Source: a virus. Taken from it: a DNA stretch of 44,163 bases. The position numbers and the translations under genes are program-made. Numbering within the stretch: the stretch's first letter is position 1; every line of letters starts with the position of its first letter. Under the pieces are notes generated by a model. The model was not told the DNA's origin. It saw only the letters and a program-made list of their open reading frames with translations, and ran no database searches. The DNA lies in the UHGV virus genome UHGV-0207246; one strand, 5' to 3'. Shown piece after piece: positions 18,641 through 27,079 of the stretch.

Positions 18641-20061
18641 TTCTTACCTCGTCTCTTCATGTAATTAAGCAACTCTTCCTGCACCGATTTCTTCTCGTCA
18701 GTACGCGCGGCAACAACCTCATCAAGCGTGTCTTTAGCAACGATATGATAGAGGAACACCGGGCGCTCGTGGCCCGCCTGTTTCTGGCGGACCGGGCCAA
18801 TACGCTCGACAACCTGCAAATAGTGCTCAAGGTTCCAGCCTTGCGAAATAAACGCCAGATGATGTCCGCCGTCCTGCAAATTCAAACCATGCCCCGCTGA
18901 CGCGGGGTGCACGCATAAGATTTCGATTTCGCCACGGTTCCACGCTTCCATCTGCTTATTGCCCTTAACACCTTTGGCGAACGCCTGCGCCTGCGGGAAC
19001 CGCTTAAGGATACGTTCCAGTTCGTGCTTGAACTGATAAGCCACAAGCAGCGGCGCACCCTGTAACTCCTCAACAATCGACTCGAGCGCATCCAGTTTCG
19101 TGTCGTGCACTCTCTCCCAGTCTTTGGTTGCTTCGCCATCCGGCCCGGACACATATACGGCACCGGATGCAATCTGCAGGCACTTCGACGTCTTCGCCGC
19201 CGCGTTAGCCGCTTCAACTTCCCCGCTCTCCAGTTCCGCAAATAATTTTTCCTCCATATCAATGTACGCCTGACGCGCCTTCTTCGGCAGGTCGATTTCA
19301 ACCGGTACAATAATCGGCGCTTCACAACCAAACCACTCGGCGGCGTCAATCGTAAGGCTGATGTCTTTCATCTTCTGATGAATCTCGTTATCAGCCCCCG
19401 GGCGTGCGTGATATTCACGGGCCATAGCTGATTTGCCTTTCTGCACCGAGTTAAACCAGCGGTCGGTGAATGCCGTGTACGATGAGCCGAGGCGCTCGCC
19501 TGCGTCGATAAACCAGTTCTGCCCCCACAGGTCTTTGAGGCCGTTTGGTGATGGTGTGCCGGTGAGGTTAATAAAACGCTTAACCTTACCGAACGCCACT
19601 TTACTAAGCGCCTTTGCTCGCTTGCTGCCACCAGAACGGCTACGGAACGATTTCAGCTTCGTGCTTTCATCGGCAACGATAACCGTAAAAGGCCAGTCGT
19701 CTTTGCCGTAGTAGTCAATCAGCCACTCGATAACTTCGTAGTTCGTGCACACCACATTAGCGTCAGACTCCAGCGCCGCGATGCGGCGCTTCTCCGAACC
19801 CGTTGCATCGACGACACGCAGACACGGGAAACCCCACTTAGTTTGTTCTGCGGGCCACGTACCTGACGCAACACGTAAAGGGGCGAGGATTAACACGCGG
19901 TCCTCTTCCGTAAGCTGCCCGTTGCGGAACAGGCGGTTTAATGCCCACAGTACGCTGCCAGTCTTCCCGGCACCCATGCTCGCCCATATGTTGCAGCGAT
20001 GGTGTTGCAACATGAACGAAGTCATGAGCTTCTGATATTCGCGCCTTTGAAACTTACTCAT
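18637..20061 (-). CDS. SNF2/DEAD-box family DNA helicase
   Basis: Walker A GAGKTG and DExx-like box ADESTKLK; 474 aa. Confidence 0.7.
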   Translation of the reverse strand: MSKFQRREYQKLMTSFMLQHHRCNIWASMGAGKTGSVLWALNRLFRNGQLTEEDRVLILAPLRVASGTWPAEQTKWGFPCLRVVDATGSEKRRIAALESDANVVCTNYEVIEWLIDYYGKDDWPFTVIVADESTKLKSFRSRSGGSKRAKALSKVAFGKVKRFINLTGTPSPNGLKDLWGQNWFIDAGERLGSSYTAFTDRWFNSVQKGKSAMAREYHARPGADNEIHQKMKDISLTIDAAEWFGCEAPIIVPVEIDLPKKARQAYIDMEEKLFAELESGEVEAANAAAKTSKCLQIASGAVYVSGPDGEATKDWERVHDTKLDALESIVEELQGAPLLVAYQFKHELERILKRFPQAQAFAKGVKGNKQMEAWNRGEIEILCVHPASAGHGLNLQDGGHHLAFISQGWNLEHYLQVVERIGPVRQKQAGHERPVFLYHIVAKDTLDEVVAARTDEKKSVQEELLNYMKRRGKK

Positions 20062-20249
20062 TTTGCCACCAGAACTAACTCTTTACGCCCGAACGCTGTA
20101 ACATTGCCTGTTACATCTTCGATAACCAGTTTACCGTTTGACTCGACGAACACCGTATCAACGGCAACAGGCTGGCGGGTCTTAACGTTGAAAATCATGT
20201 CGCCAGGTACGATGTCACGTGCTGGTTTACGGTCATATTCGTATTTCAT
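20058..20249 (-). CDS. hypothetical protein
   Basis: ORF track; ATGA-coupled to helicase; first gene after class II promoter. Confidence 0.4.
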   Translation of the reverse strand: MKYEYDRKPARDIVPGDMIFNVKTRQPVAVDTVFVESNGKLVIEDVTGNVTAFGRKELVLVAK

Positions 20250-20279
20250 CTATCAATTCCTTATATTGTTGGTGTAGGG

Positions 20280-20564
20280 CTAACTATAATAGTTCGCTAT
20301 TAGGTCGTCAACCTGTTTGAACGACCCGACGACAAAAACATTCGCACCACGTTTACGCATCCGCTCATGCTCTCGTAACTGGTGTGGGTCAGGCTTCGTG
20401 CTTTCGTCTTTCTTCACCTCGACGAACCAGACGATGCCGCCCGGGAGAATTACCAGCAGGTCGGGAGCGCCGGAGCGCCCCTCATAAGACAGTTTACGGA
20501 CGAGGCCCCCGATGGCCTCGAATCGCTCTTTTGCGTATTTCTGTATTTTTCCTTCCGGGGTCAT
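20280..20564 (-). CDS. VRR-NUC domain nuclease (PD-(D/E)XK)
   Basis: Motif GAPDLLVILPGGIVWFVEVKK; start set at ATG (track begins at upstream TTG). Confidence 0.55.
   Translation of the reverse strand: MTPEGKIQKYAKERFEAIGGLVRKLSYEGRSGAPDLLVILPGGIVWFVEVKKDESTKPDPHQLREHERMRKRGANVFVVGSFKQVDDLIANYYS
20283..20311 (-). promoter_or_regulatory. class II promoter (TTGACG-17-TATAGT)
   Basis: Reverse complement TTGACGACCTAATAGCGAACTATTATAGT; near-identical spacer to promoters at 24601 and 26753; lies within 3' end of upstream CDS. Confidence 0.6.
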
Positions 20565-20713
20565 GAGCGCAGAACCCAAGTTATAAATGCCCCGCCCAGA
20601 ACGGCAACGCCAACAAACTTAAAGAACAGGCCGTAACAGAACATCGCAGCTATTCCCGCGCCGAGTAACAGTGCGAGCATGGTTACTATGGTCCAAAATA
20701 CAAACTTTGTCAT
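20561..20713 (-). CDS. small membrane protein (50 aa, two hydrophobic segments)
   Basis: RBS GAGGGG; ATGA overlap with VRR-NUC start; hand-translated MTKFVFWTIVTMLALLLGAGIAAMFCYGLFFKFVGVAVLGGAFITWVLRS. Confidence 0.4.
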   Translation of the reverse strand: MTKFVFWTIVTMLALLLGAGIAAMFCYGLFFKFVGVAVLGGAFITWVLRS

Positions 20714-20795
20714 AATACACACCCCTCACGTTTCGTATGTTCAGTACCGCAGCGCGGACAGATTCGACAGTCTTCTTCATAAAACCAGTAGATTT

Positions 20796-20927
20796 TCATT
20801 CCAGCACCCACAGATAAATTGCGATGAACATGCCCAATATGGCAACCATCATGCCGTATTGACCCTCGTGACAGTAGACACCGGCAGCAAATCCCGCCAG
20901 TACCGCGATAATCAGTTTACTTGGCAT
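20796..20927 (-). CDS. small membrane protein (43 aa)
   Basis: RBS AAGGAG 9 nt upstream; hand-translated MPSKLIIAVLAGFAAGVYCHEGQYGMMVAILGMFIAIYLWVLE. Confidence 0.35.
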   Translation of the reverse strand: MPSKLIIAVLAGFAAGVYCHEGQYGMMVAILGMFIAIYLWVLE

Positions 20928-21612
20928 CTCTACATTCTCCTTCAGGCCACCTATTAGGAAAAGACGGTATATGTGAAACTTCTCTCGCCGCTTTTATTCT
21001 TTTAATGGCGGGACCTATCTCCGTGACCATTTCAATGAATGTAAACCGGTGTCCTCTGGTAAGATTACATGTCTGACAACAAGAAACGCAGTTAGATACT
21101 ATGTGCCCGCTTGTATTATCTATGCGGTCTACCCCGACTTTTGTAGTGCTTCCGCAATAATGGCATGGCTGTGATATTAGTTTAATAACGCTTTCCAGTG
21201 TTAAATCGCAGATAAGCCCTTTTCCTGAATCTGCTCTTTTGTATCCTAACAAAAGCGCGTACGCCCGCGTCCTTTGGTCCTTATTCACCAGTTCCCTGCG
21301 TTGCTTGTTGAGACACTCCCGGCAATCTTTCCTGATATGAGAGCCATTACTTTTATTTCCTTTCCTGAAGTTTTCCTCTGTTAAAGGTTTTACCTCCCCA
21401 CACTTTCTGCATTTAACAGGCTTCCCAGTGAAAACATACCAAGGGCTTTCTCGTCTGGATTTACCTTGTAATTTAAGTTTTTCGTCATACTTTTCCTTCC
21501 TGTTAGCATTTACACACTCTTTACACCAGCGTTGCAGCCCGAGGCGCGTTGACTTTGAAAAATACTCTGTAGTCGCCGGTTTATCTTCGCCGCATCTTGA
21601 ACACTTTTTCAT
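20917..21612 (-). CDS. HNH homing endonuclease with two N-terminal Cys4 zinc-ribbon repeats
   Basis: Repeats CSRCGEDKP...CKEC and CRKCGEVKP...CREC then HNH core CHYCG...DRIDNTSGH...CN; start at ATG with RBS GGAG. Confidence 0.7.
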   Translation of the reverse strand: MKKCSRCGEDKPATTEYFSKSTRLGLQRWCKECVNANRKEKYDEKLKLQGKSRRESPWYVFTGKPVKCRKCGEVKPLTEENFRKGNKSNGSHIRKDCRECLNKQRRELVNKDQRTRAYALLLGYKRADSGKGLICDLTLESVIKLISQPCHYCGSTTKVGVDRIDNTSGHIVSNCVSCCQTCNLTRGHRFTFIEMVTEIGPAIKRIKAAREVSHIPSFPNRWPEGECRDAK

Positions 21613-21623
21613 TAATAACTCCA

Positions 21624-21658
21624 AAAAAAAATACCGACATAGCCATTATATCGGTATT
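21624..21658 (-). terminator. rho-independent terminator downstream of DNA polymerase
   Basis: On minus strand ATACCGA-loop-TCGGTAT followed by T9. Confidence 0.5.
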
Positions 21659-21672
21659 TACATTTTCTACAA
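21645..21672 (-). promoter_or_regulatory. candidate promoter for HNH gene (TTGTAG-16-TATAAT)
   Basis: Perfect TATAAT on minus strand located in the loop of the terminator hairpin. Confidence 0.35.
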
Positions 21673-21689
21673 CGTATTTCCTAAATCTA

Positions 21690-23861
21690 CTACTTGGCGT
21701 ATCTGTACATTTCGCTACCTTCTGCTACAAGAGGGAACCCCTCCGCCCATTCCGGCAATTCGCACATCAACCGCTCAAGCTCTGCTACATTGTATTCCGG
21801 TGAATCTGGTGTCTCGCAGATAATCTCATCGTGTACGTGAAGTACAATCGGGTAGCCGTTTGCTTCTACGTTCAGCAGGGCATTAGCCAGCAAATCACGG
21901 CACAATGCCTGAGTGCAGTTTTCCACCAGTTTACCCGAGTAGGTGTACTGGAACCCCCACTGACGGGTTAGCTGATTTTCGCCCTGGTACTTAATGCGCA
22001 CGTTAGTAGACACTTTTCCATCTTCGTCTGTTTCTTTCGACACGCTCAACCCGACGCCTGGATAAGACATAACGCGACCAGACGGCAACGTCATGCGCAG
22101 CCACCAACCGGCGACTTTGTTGCCGTTGTTATCTGTCTCCACGTTGCGCGAAAACTTAACGCCACGCGGCCCTGCGGTGAACTCTTTACCTGGGTTGCGG
22201 ATAGCCGCCATAGCCGCGTCTTCAATATCGCGCCAGAATTGGACTATTGCAGGATTAGCTTCCCGGTACATGCGCTTTAAAGCGTCACAGGTGCGCCAAA
22301 CTTTCTTATCAAGGATATATGAGGGTCGGTCATCTTTTTCACCAGGACGTGGTGGTCGCTTGGCTTCCTGAATACGCGCCCATTCGTATCCGCGTGCGGT
22401 AGCGGCCCAAATATGGTCCGGGAATGTACCGTCTAAAGTGTTAGTCATGTCATTCAAATCAAGACCTAAGTTTTTAGCAAACGTGACGAAAGCACCGACG
22501 CCCCCCGCGTAGCCGAGTCCCAGAACCATTGCTTTGGCTATTTGTCTTTGGTCCTTTGTTACGGCTTCATATGCAACATTGAACACCGTTGATGCGAGTT
22601 TCTTATACACATCAACCCCGTTTACAAATACTTCGATTAAATCGTCTTCACCCGCCAGCCACGCAAGCCCGCGACCCTCAACGTTAGAGTAATCGGCGAC
22701 GACAAACTTATGCCCTGCTTCCGGTATGATGCAACTGCGAACCGTCGATGCCGTTAGCTTGGCTACGTCAAATCGGCGGTGCGCACGGCCCTTAAGTAAC
22801 GCAGAAATGCCTTTATCCAGTTCATCATCATGATAGTACCCGCGCGCCAGGTTCTGCGGCTGGAAGCCTTTACCGGCAAATCGTAATGTACGCTTAGCTC
22901 CACCATACTGTATGCAACCGCGTCGGCGGTCGTCCGAAGAGCGGCCCAGCAGCAGCGGGGTATATTTCGTTGACGCTGTTGACGCGGCCCCGAGGCGCAT
23001 TTCGATAATCATCCGGGCGTCGTCCGGTAAATCATCATCTGCCAACAGGTCGTTAAGCGTCGACTTCTGTGCATTGTGTATGCGGTGCGCGGGCGAAAGT
23101 TCACGCAGAATCGGAAGGAAGTCTTTACCGGTAAGCGAGCCGCCATATTTACGTTGAGCTTCTTCCTGTAACTGTGCCTTGTGCTTCTCTACGGCTTCAA
23201 TCGCGGCTTCCGCCAGTGCGACGTCAACCTTAAATCCGCGGTCGTTGATTAACTGGTCAAGTTCCAGTACACGGTCTTCGAACTCGGAGTTACCCCAACG
23301 CGGCAGCTTATGGAAGACTTCACGCATCGCAGTGATGTCGCTCACGGCGTACTTGATGAACAGCGCCCACTCATCCGGGTGCGTTTCAGCAGTGTAGCGG
23401 CGGATTTTGTAGTTCTTCGGTGTCGGTTTAGAAAAACGCTGAATAAGCGCTTTGCCTCGTTTGTCTTTCGCGTTGTCTGCGGACACGCCAAGCACTTCAC
23501 ACAGCGCATCAAGAGAACCCGGCAGCGCGTGACGAAACGCCCAAATCATCGTATCGATAGTGTTGCTTACCGGAATATCAAAGCCCCAGCAATGCTTCAT
23601 GACGAGCCTGTCGAACATTGAGCCATTGTGCCACACCATCTTAATGCGACTGTTTGGCTTAACCAGACGGCGCAGTGCGCGGTGCAAATCCCCCGGCATG
23701 TCGCTGCCGTCTGTGCAATCCCATACCTGTACAGGCTCGTCATCAAAAGCATAGGTACAGATAAGCACTTCGGTAGTCGGGTGTTCGGCGTAAGCATAGG
23801 AGCCGAATTTCTTTAAATCGGCTTCGGAGAATGTTTCAAAGTCTAAGAACAGGTAACTCAT
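21690..23861 (-). CDS. family A DNA polymerase with 3'-5' exonuclease domain
   Basis: Exo I FLDFETFS; Pol motif A DYSNVEGR, motif B RQIAKAMVLGLGYAGG, motif C LHVHDEI. Confidence 0.85.
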   Translation of the reverse strand: MSYLFLDFETFSEADLKKFGSYAYAEHPTTEVLICTYAFDDEPVQVWDCTDGSDMPGDLHRALRRLVKPNSRIKMVWHNGSMFDRLVMKHCWGFDIPVSNTIDTMIWAFRHALPGSLDALCEVLGVSADNAKDKRGKALIQRFSKPTPKNYKIRRYTAETHPDEWALFIKYAVSDITAMREVFHKLPRWGNSEFEDRVLELDQLINDRGFKVDVALAEAAIEAVEKHKAQLQEEAQRKYGGSLTGKDFLPILRELSPAHRIHNAQKSTLNDLLADDDLPDDARMIIEMRLGAASTASTKYTPLLLGRSSDDRRRGCIQYGGAKRTLRFAGKGFQPQNLARGYYHDDELDKGISALLKGRAHRRFDVAKLTASTVRSCIIPEAGHKFVVADYSNVEGRGLAWLAGEDDLIEVFVNGVDVYKKLASTVFNVAYEAVTKDQRQIAKAMVLGLGYAGGVGAFVTFAKNLGLDLNDMTNTLDGTFPDHIWAATARGYEWARIQEAKRPPRPGEKDDRPSYILDKKVWRTCDALKRMYREANPAIVQFWRDIEDAAMAAIRNPGKEFTAGPRGVKFSRNVETDNNGNKVAGWWLRMTLPSGRVMSYPGVGLSVSKETDEDGKVSTNVRIKYQGENQLTRQWGFQYTYSGKLVENCTQALCRDLLANALLNVEANGYPIVLHVHDEIICETPDSPEYNVAELERLMCELPEWAEGFPLVAEGSEMYRYAK

Positions 23862-23878
23862 TATTTTCGACCCTTAGT

Positions 23879-23901
23879 AAAAAGGCCCAATGAAGGGCCT
23901 T
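23879..23901 (-). terminator. rho-independent terminator
   Basis: AAGGCCC-TTCATT-GGGCCTT then T5 on minus strand. Confidence 0.55.
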
Positions 23902-23920
23902 AGTTAAATTGATTCAGATA

Positions 23921-24547
23921 TTAGCGGCGACGACGCTCGCGGCGCGGTGCTTCATCTTCTTCGTCGTCTTCCAGGTCATTGACGCTTGCAGCGACTTTAG
24001 AACCGCCAAACGCTTTACCTTCACCAACGTATTTAATCGCCAGCAGGTTAACACCGAGGACTTTGTATTTCTGACTGAACCAGATTTCGACGCTTACGTT
24101 AGCAACGCAGCCGCTGTAAACCTGTTCGCCTTCAATCTGTTCACCGTCTACATTGAAGTCCTGTTCTACCTGAGTCTCACCTTTTTTAGAGGTTACAATC
24201 AGTGGCTGTTTCTGTGCCTTCGCTTTGAAGTAGAAGCCTTCCGGGAAGTCTTCAAACGGATTGTCGCGCTCGGCGATGTCTTTAATCGCGCATTTATCCA
24301 TGTGCTTACCTTCGCCGTAGTTGGACTTCATCCACTTCTCGGCGGCGGCTGCACCTAATGCTTCTTCAACTACAGCGTAGACTGTGTCGTAGAGCGCATC
24401 GATTTGCGCGTGGTCAGACGGCAGGATGATAGTTGCGCTATACTGACCTTTAGTGATTGAGCCATCATCGTTTTCACGGTCTTTTTCGCGTTCGAATACG
24501 TTAACCCAAGCAGTGTTTACTTTACGCAGATTTAATTTCAGTCCCAT
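23921..24547 (-). CDS. SSB-like protein (DUF2815-like) candidate
   Basis: Acidic C-terminal region; position between Cas4-like nuclease and PolA resembles the DUF2800-DUF2815-PolA arrangement (recalled, not searched). Confidence 0.4.
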   Translation of the reverse strand: MGLKLNLRKVNTAWVNVFEREKDRENDDGSITKGQYSATIILPSDHAQIDALYDTVYAVVEEALGAAAAEKWMKSNYGEGKHMDKCAIKDIAERDNPFEDFPEGFYFKAKAQKQPLIVTSKKGETQVEQDFNVDGEQIEGEQVYSGCVANVSVEIWFSQKYKVLGVNLLAIKYVGEGKAFGGSKVAASVNDLEDDEEDEAPRRERRRR

Positions 24548-24600
24548 CTTGATTTCTCGCTTTTAAGTTTACTCCGGGAACCGCCCGGCCAGTGATTAGA

Positions 24601-24629
24601 ACTATAATAGCTTACTATTCAGGTGTCAA
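24601..24629 (-). promoter_or_regulatory. class II promoter (TTGACA-17-TATAGT)
   Basis: Reverse complement TTGACACCTGAATAGTAAGCTATTATAGT. Confidence 0.65.
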
Positions 24630-24633
24630 CACT

Positions 24634-25908
24634 TTATTCTAAATCTTCTTCACTAACCTGATCCCACTCAGGACGTTTGTCGTCTGCCGTTGCGACACAT
24701 GGTGCGCCTGGCTTACGGGTAATAAAGTCTTTCAGTTCTTCTTCCGGTATAACTTTAACCGCTTCGGTGGGCGTCATGAGAACTACCTTTTGCAGCATAG
24801 TACCGTACTTCTCGAATACTGCATCGGTATCTTTCCACGCACGATTACCCGGGCGACCCTCAACCAGTTTGTACCCTGGAACTTTCTTACCGGAATGCAA
24901 CGCGGCAGCCATAGCTTTCTCAACCTTGTCGATGTGCTGGCGCAGCATCGGCAACTTCTCATACTCAGCTACGAGTTGCTCAGGAGTGAGTTCCAGCGCA
25001 AAGTCGTCCTCCAGTTCTTCCGCCAGTACGGAATTAACCGTCTTTGTACGCGCGGCGCATTGTTCCGAGAACCTACACCACTGACAACCATCGACCGACG
25101 GCCTGAAGTCCGACGCTTTCAGGTTCTTCTTACCGCGGAAATAAGCATCAAGCGCTAACAGCGCGCGTTTCTGTGCGAACTTAGCGAACAGTTCCAGACC
25201 TTCAACCGAGATGTCCCACTCCGACGCACCGCCCGCGTATGGCTGGAAGATGACCAGACGAACCACGGTGATGTTATAACGTCTCTTGAGTCGGCGATAA
25301 ACACCAAGAGCGTAAAGCATAAGCTGTTTGTTTTCTTTCGCTTCGACGCGATGCCGTCCTGTTTTCAGGTCTGTGATATTAAGTATAAATTCGTCTGTAT
25401 TTGCTTTTTCTAGCACGGCAACAAGGTCAGCGGTTCCGAACGTCTCTAAATCATCCTCCTCGCCTTCTTCACCATCAGCGGGTACTTTGTAGCCAGGATG
25501 TAGCACCTGAGTAAGATTTACGCGCATCTCGAGCTTGGCATAAGTCGCTACGTCGATAATCGCTTTGCAGTAGTCGGTGTACTTGCGCACCTGCTCAATC
25601 ATGTCCGCCGTAATCAGTACCGCGCCTTTCATAGGACTGATTAGCGCCTTAATCTGGCCTTTACCCTCATCCAGCACGTAAGCACCTACTTCGCGCTCTA
25701 ACGGCAACGCAGTGCCTTTGATGTACTGGTTTAAGTGCATCTCAGCTATGGTGTGCATAGCCGTTCCTAATACGGCGGCTTTACCTGACGTGTTAGGAAT
25801 ATCTTTTTCACAGGCCAGTGATGCACTGCACGCCAGCCACTTTTTAGCACCAGACGGCGACAGTAAGGCGTGCACATCGTTATTGCCGCCGCGTTCCTTT
25901 AAAATCAT
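24634..25908 (-). CDS. PD-(D/E)XK nuclease, Cas4/RecB-like (DUF2800-like) with C-terminal Cys cluster
   Basis: Motifs ITDLKTG, QLMLYA, C-terminal CQWCRFSEQC; start at ATG with RBS GGGAGAG, ATGA-coupled to upstream gene. Confidence 0.6.
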   Translation of the reverse strand: MILKERGGNNDVHALLSPSGAKKWLACSASLACEKDIPNTSGKAAVLGTAMHTIAEMHLNQYIKGTALPLEREVGAYVLDEGKGQIKALISPMKGAVLITADMIEQVRKYTDYCKAIIDVATYAKLEMRVNLTQVLHPGYKVPADGEEGEEDDLETFGTADLVAVLEKANTDEFILNITDLKTGRHRVEAKENKQLMLYALGVYRRLKRRYNITVVRLVIFQPYAGGASEWDISVEGLELFAKFAQKRALLALDAYFRGKKNLKASDFRPSVDGCQWCRFSEQCAARTKTVNSVLAEELEDDFALELTPEQLVAEYEKLPMLRQHIDKVEKAMAAALHSGKKVPGYKLVEGRPGNRAWKDTDAVFEKYGTMLQKVVLMTPTEAVKVIPEEELKDFITRKPGAPCVATADDKRPEWDQVSEEDLE

Positions 25909-26177
25909 ACCCTGCTCTCCCACTGGTCAATTAAATGTCGTGTCTTATGGTCGCAGTGCATAGCCCACCCATACATCGACTCGAAGACATAAAAGTCAGG
26001 TTTGGCGAAAGTCGTGCGCTTAATATGTGACACGTGGCGGCCTATGTCTTTAGGCCGTGGCACTTTGCCTAAGTACGCCATCTCTTCCATCTGGTGCGCA
26101 CCGGACGGCGCACGCAACAGCCATAGCGCATCTGTGTTATCCCGCCTGTCAACGGCGCGGTAGAGTTGGTAAATCAT
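25905..26177 (-). CDS. hypothetical protein
   Basis: ORF track; ATGA coupling. Confidence 0.4.
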   Translation of the reverse strand: MIYQLYRAVDRRDNTDALWLLRAPSGAHQMEEMAYLGKVPRPKDIGRHVSHIKRTTFAKPDFYVFESMYGWAMHCDHKTRHLIDQWESRV

Positions 26178-26220
26178 AATTCCGACCCTCAGTTAAAGCG
26201 GCCTGAAGGCCGCCAGATAA

Positions 26221-26721
26221 TTATTCTTCTTCGAAATACTTGTTCTTGATCGCCGTCAGGCGTTCCAGGTACTCTGCCAGGTCTTCATCTTTAATCGCGG
26301 CAATCTTCATCTTCTTACCGGTGAACTCTTCCAGCAGTTCGTCAGAATCGTCGCACGCGGCATCGCTTGGACCTTCGTTAATCGCATCGTCGATAGCCTG
26401 AATCTGGTCCCGAAGAGACTGGTAATCGACTTCTTCTTTCTCTTCTTCCGGCTCTGGCGTAGGCTCCTCTGCTTTAGCTTTACGCGGCTTGCGTTTAGGC
26501 TTCTCGTCTTCCGCCGGTTTAGTGTCGACGATGTTTTCACCTTCGACCGGGATTTCTTTTGTTGCTTCTTCGGTGCACTCGGCTACCGCTTCTTTGGCAT
26601 ACACTACCGTCTCTACTTCCAGCGGCGCGGCAACCTGAACAACCTGTTTCACACTGTTCGCAGCAATCAGTTCATGCGCAACTACGAAACGTTCCAGTAA
26701 TTTCAGAAATTGTTCTAACAT
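26221..26721 (-). CDS. highly acidic protein (candidate DNA mimic / host takeover factor)
   Basis: First gene after strong class II promoter, RBS GAGGAGAG; E/D-rich with KPKRKPRKAKAEE linker. Confidence 0.5.
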   Translation of the reverse strand: MLEQFLKLLERFVVAHELIAANSVKQVVQVAAPLEVETVVYAKEAVAECTEEATKEIPVEGENIVDTKPAEDEKPKRKPRKAKAEEPTPEPEEEKEEVDYQSLRDQIQAIDDAINEGPSDAACDDSDELLEEFTGKKMKIAAIKDEDLAEYLERLTAIKNKYFEEE

Positions 26722-26752
26722 TTGTTTCTCTCCTCTCGTTTGGTATGGGCTA

Positions 26753-26781
26753 ACTATAATAGCGAACTATTCACATGTCAA
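26753..26781 (-). promoter_or_regulatory. class II promoter (TTGACA-17-TATAGT)
   Basis: Perfect -35, 17 bp spacer TGTGAATAGTTCGCTAT, -10 TATAGT, about 30 nt upstream of ATG. Confidence 0.7.
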
Positions 26782-26845
26782 TGGGTTTTTCTAAAATAAT
26801 TAATATGGTACTATTCGCATATCAACTAACTAAGGAGTAATTGAT

Positions 26846-27061
26846 ATGCAACCCTCTGAACTAGGCATCCGTGTAGAACAACGCCGCAAAGAACTCGGCA
26901 TCTCCCAGCGCCGTCTGGCTGTCCTGGCTGGCGTTTCACAGGGCGCGATTAACCAGCTGGCACTTGGGGTAACTCAGGACGTCCGCCCGGCAACGCTGTT
27001 TAAACTGGCGGAAGTGCTGGAAGTAGACGCCAAGTGGCTGGCGTTCGGTGAAGGGGCTTAA
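26846..27061 (+). CDS. XRE-family helix-turn-helix transcriptional regulator (Cro/CI-like)
   Basis: HTH ISQRRLAVLAGVSQGAINQLALG; RBS TAAGGAG; isolated plus-strand gene with its own terminator. Confidence 0.7.
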   Translation: MQPSELGIRVEQRRKELGISQRRLAVLAGVSQGAINQLALGVTQDVRPATLFKLAEVLEVDAKWLAFGEGA

Positions 27062-27078
27062 AGCCCCTTTCTTTTTTA
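27052..27078 (+). terminator. rho-independent terminator
   Basis: GGGGC-TTAAA-GCCCC followed by TTTCTTTTTT. Confidence 0.7.
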
Positions 27079-27079
27079 C

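Noticed and set aside
18882-19711. Arg-rich ORFs in alternative frames within the helicase gene
   Set aside because: Extreme Arg content and no RBS; frame artefacts of the helicase coding sequence
20714-20795. 58-codon ORF overlapping the 50-aa membrane ORF in another frame on the minus strand
   Set aside because: Weak ribosome-binding context and it overlaps a better-supported ORF (GAGGGG RBS, hydrophobic product); judged a frame artefact
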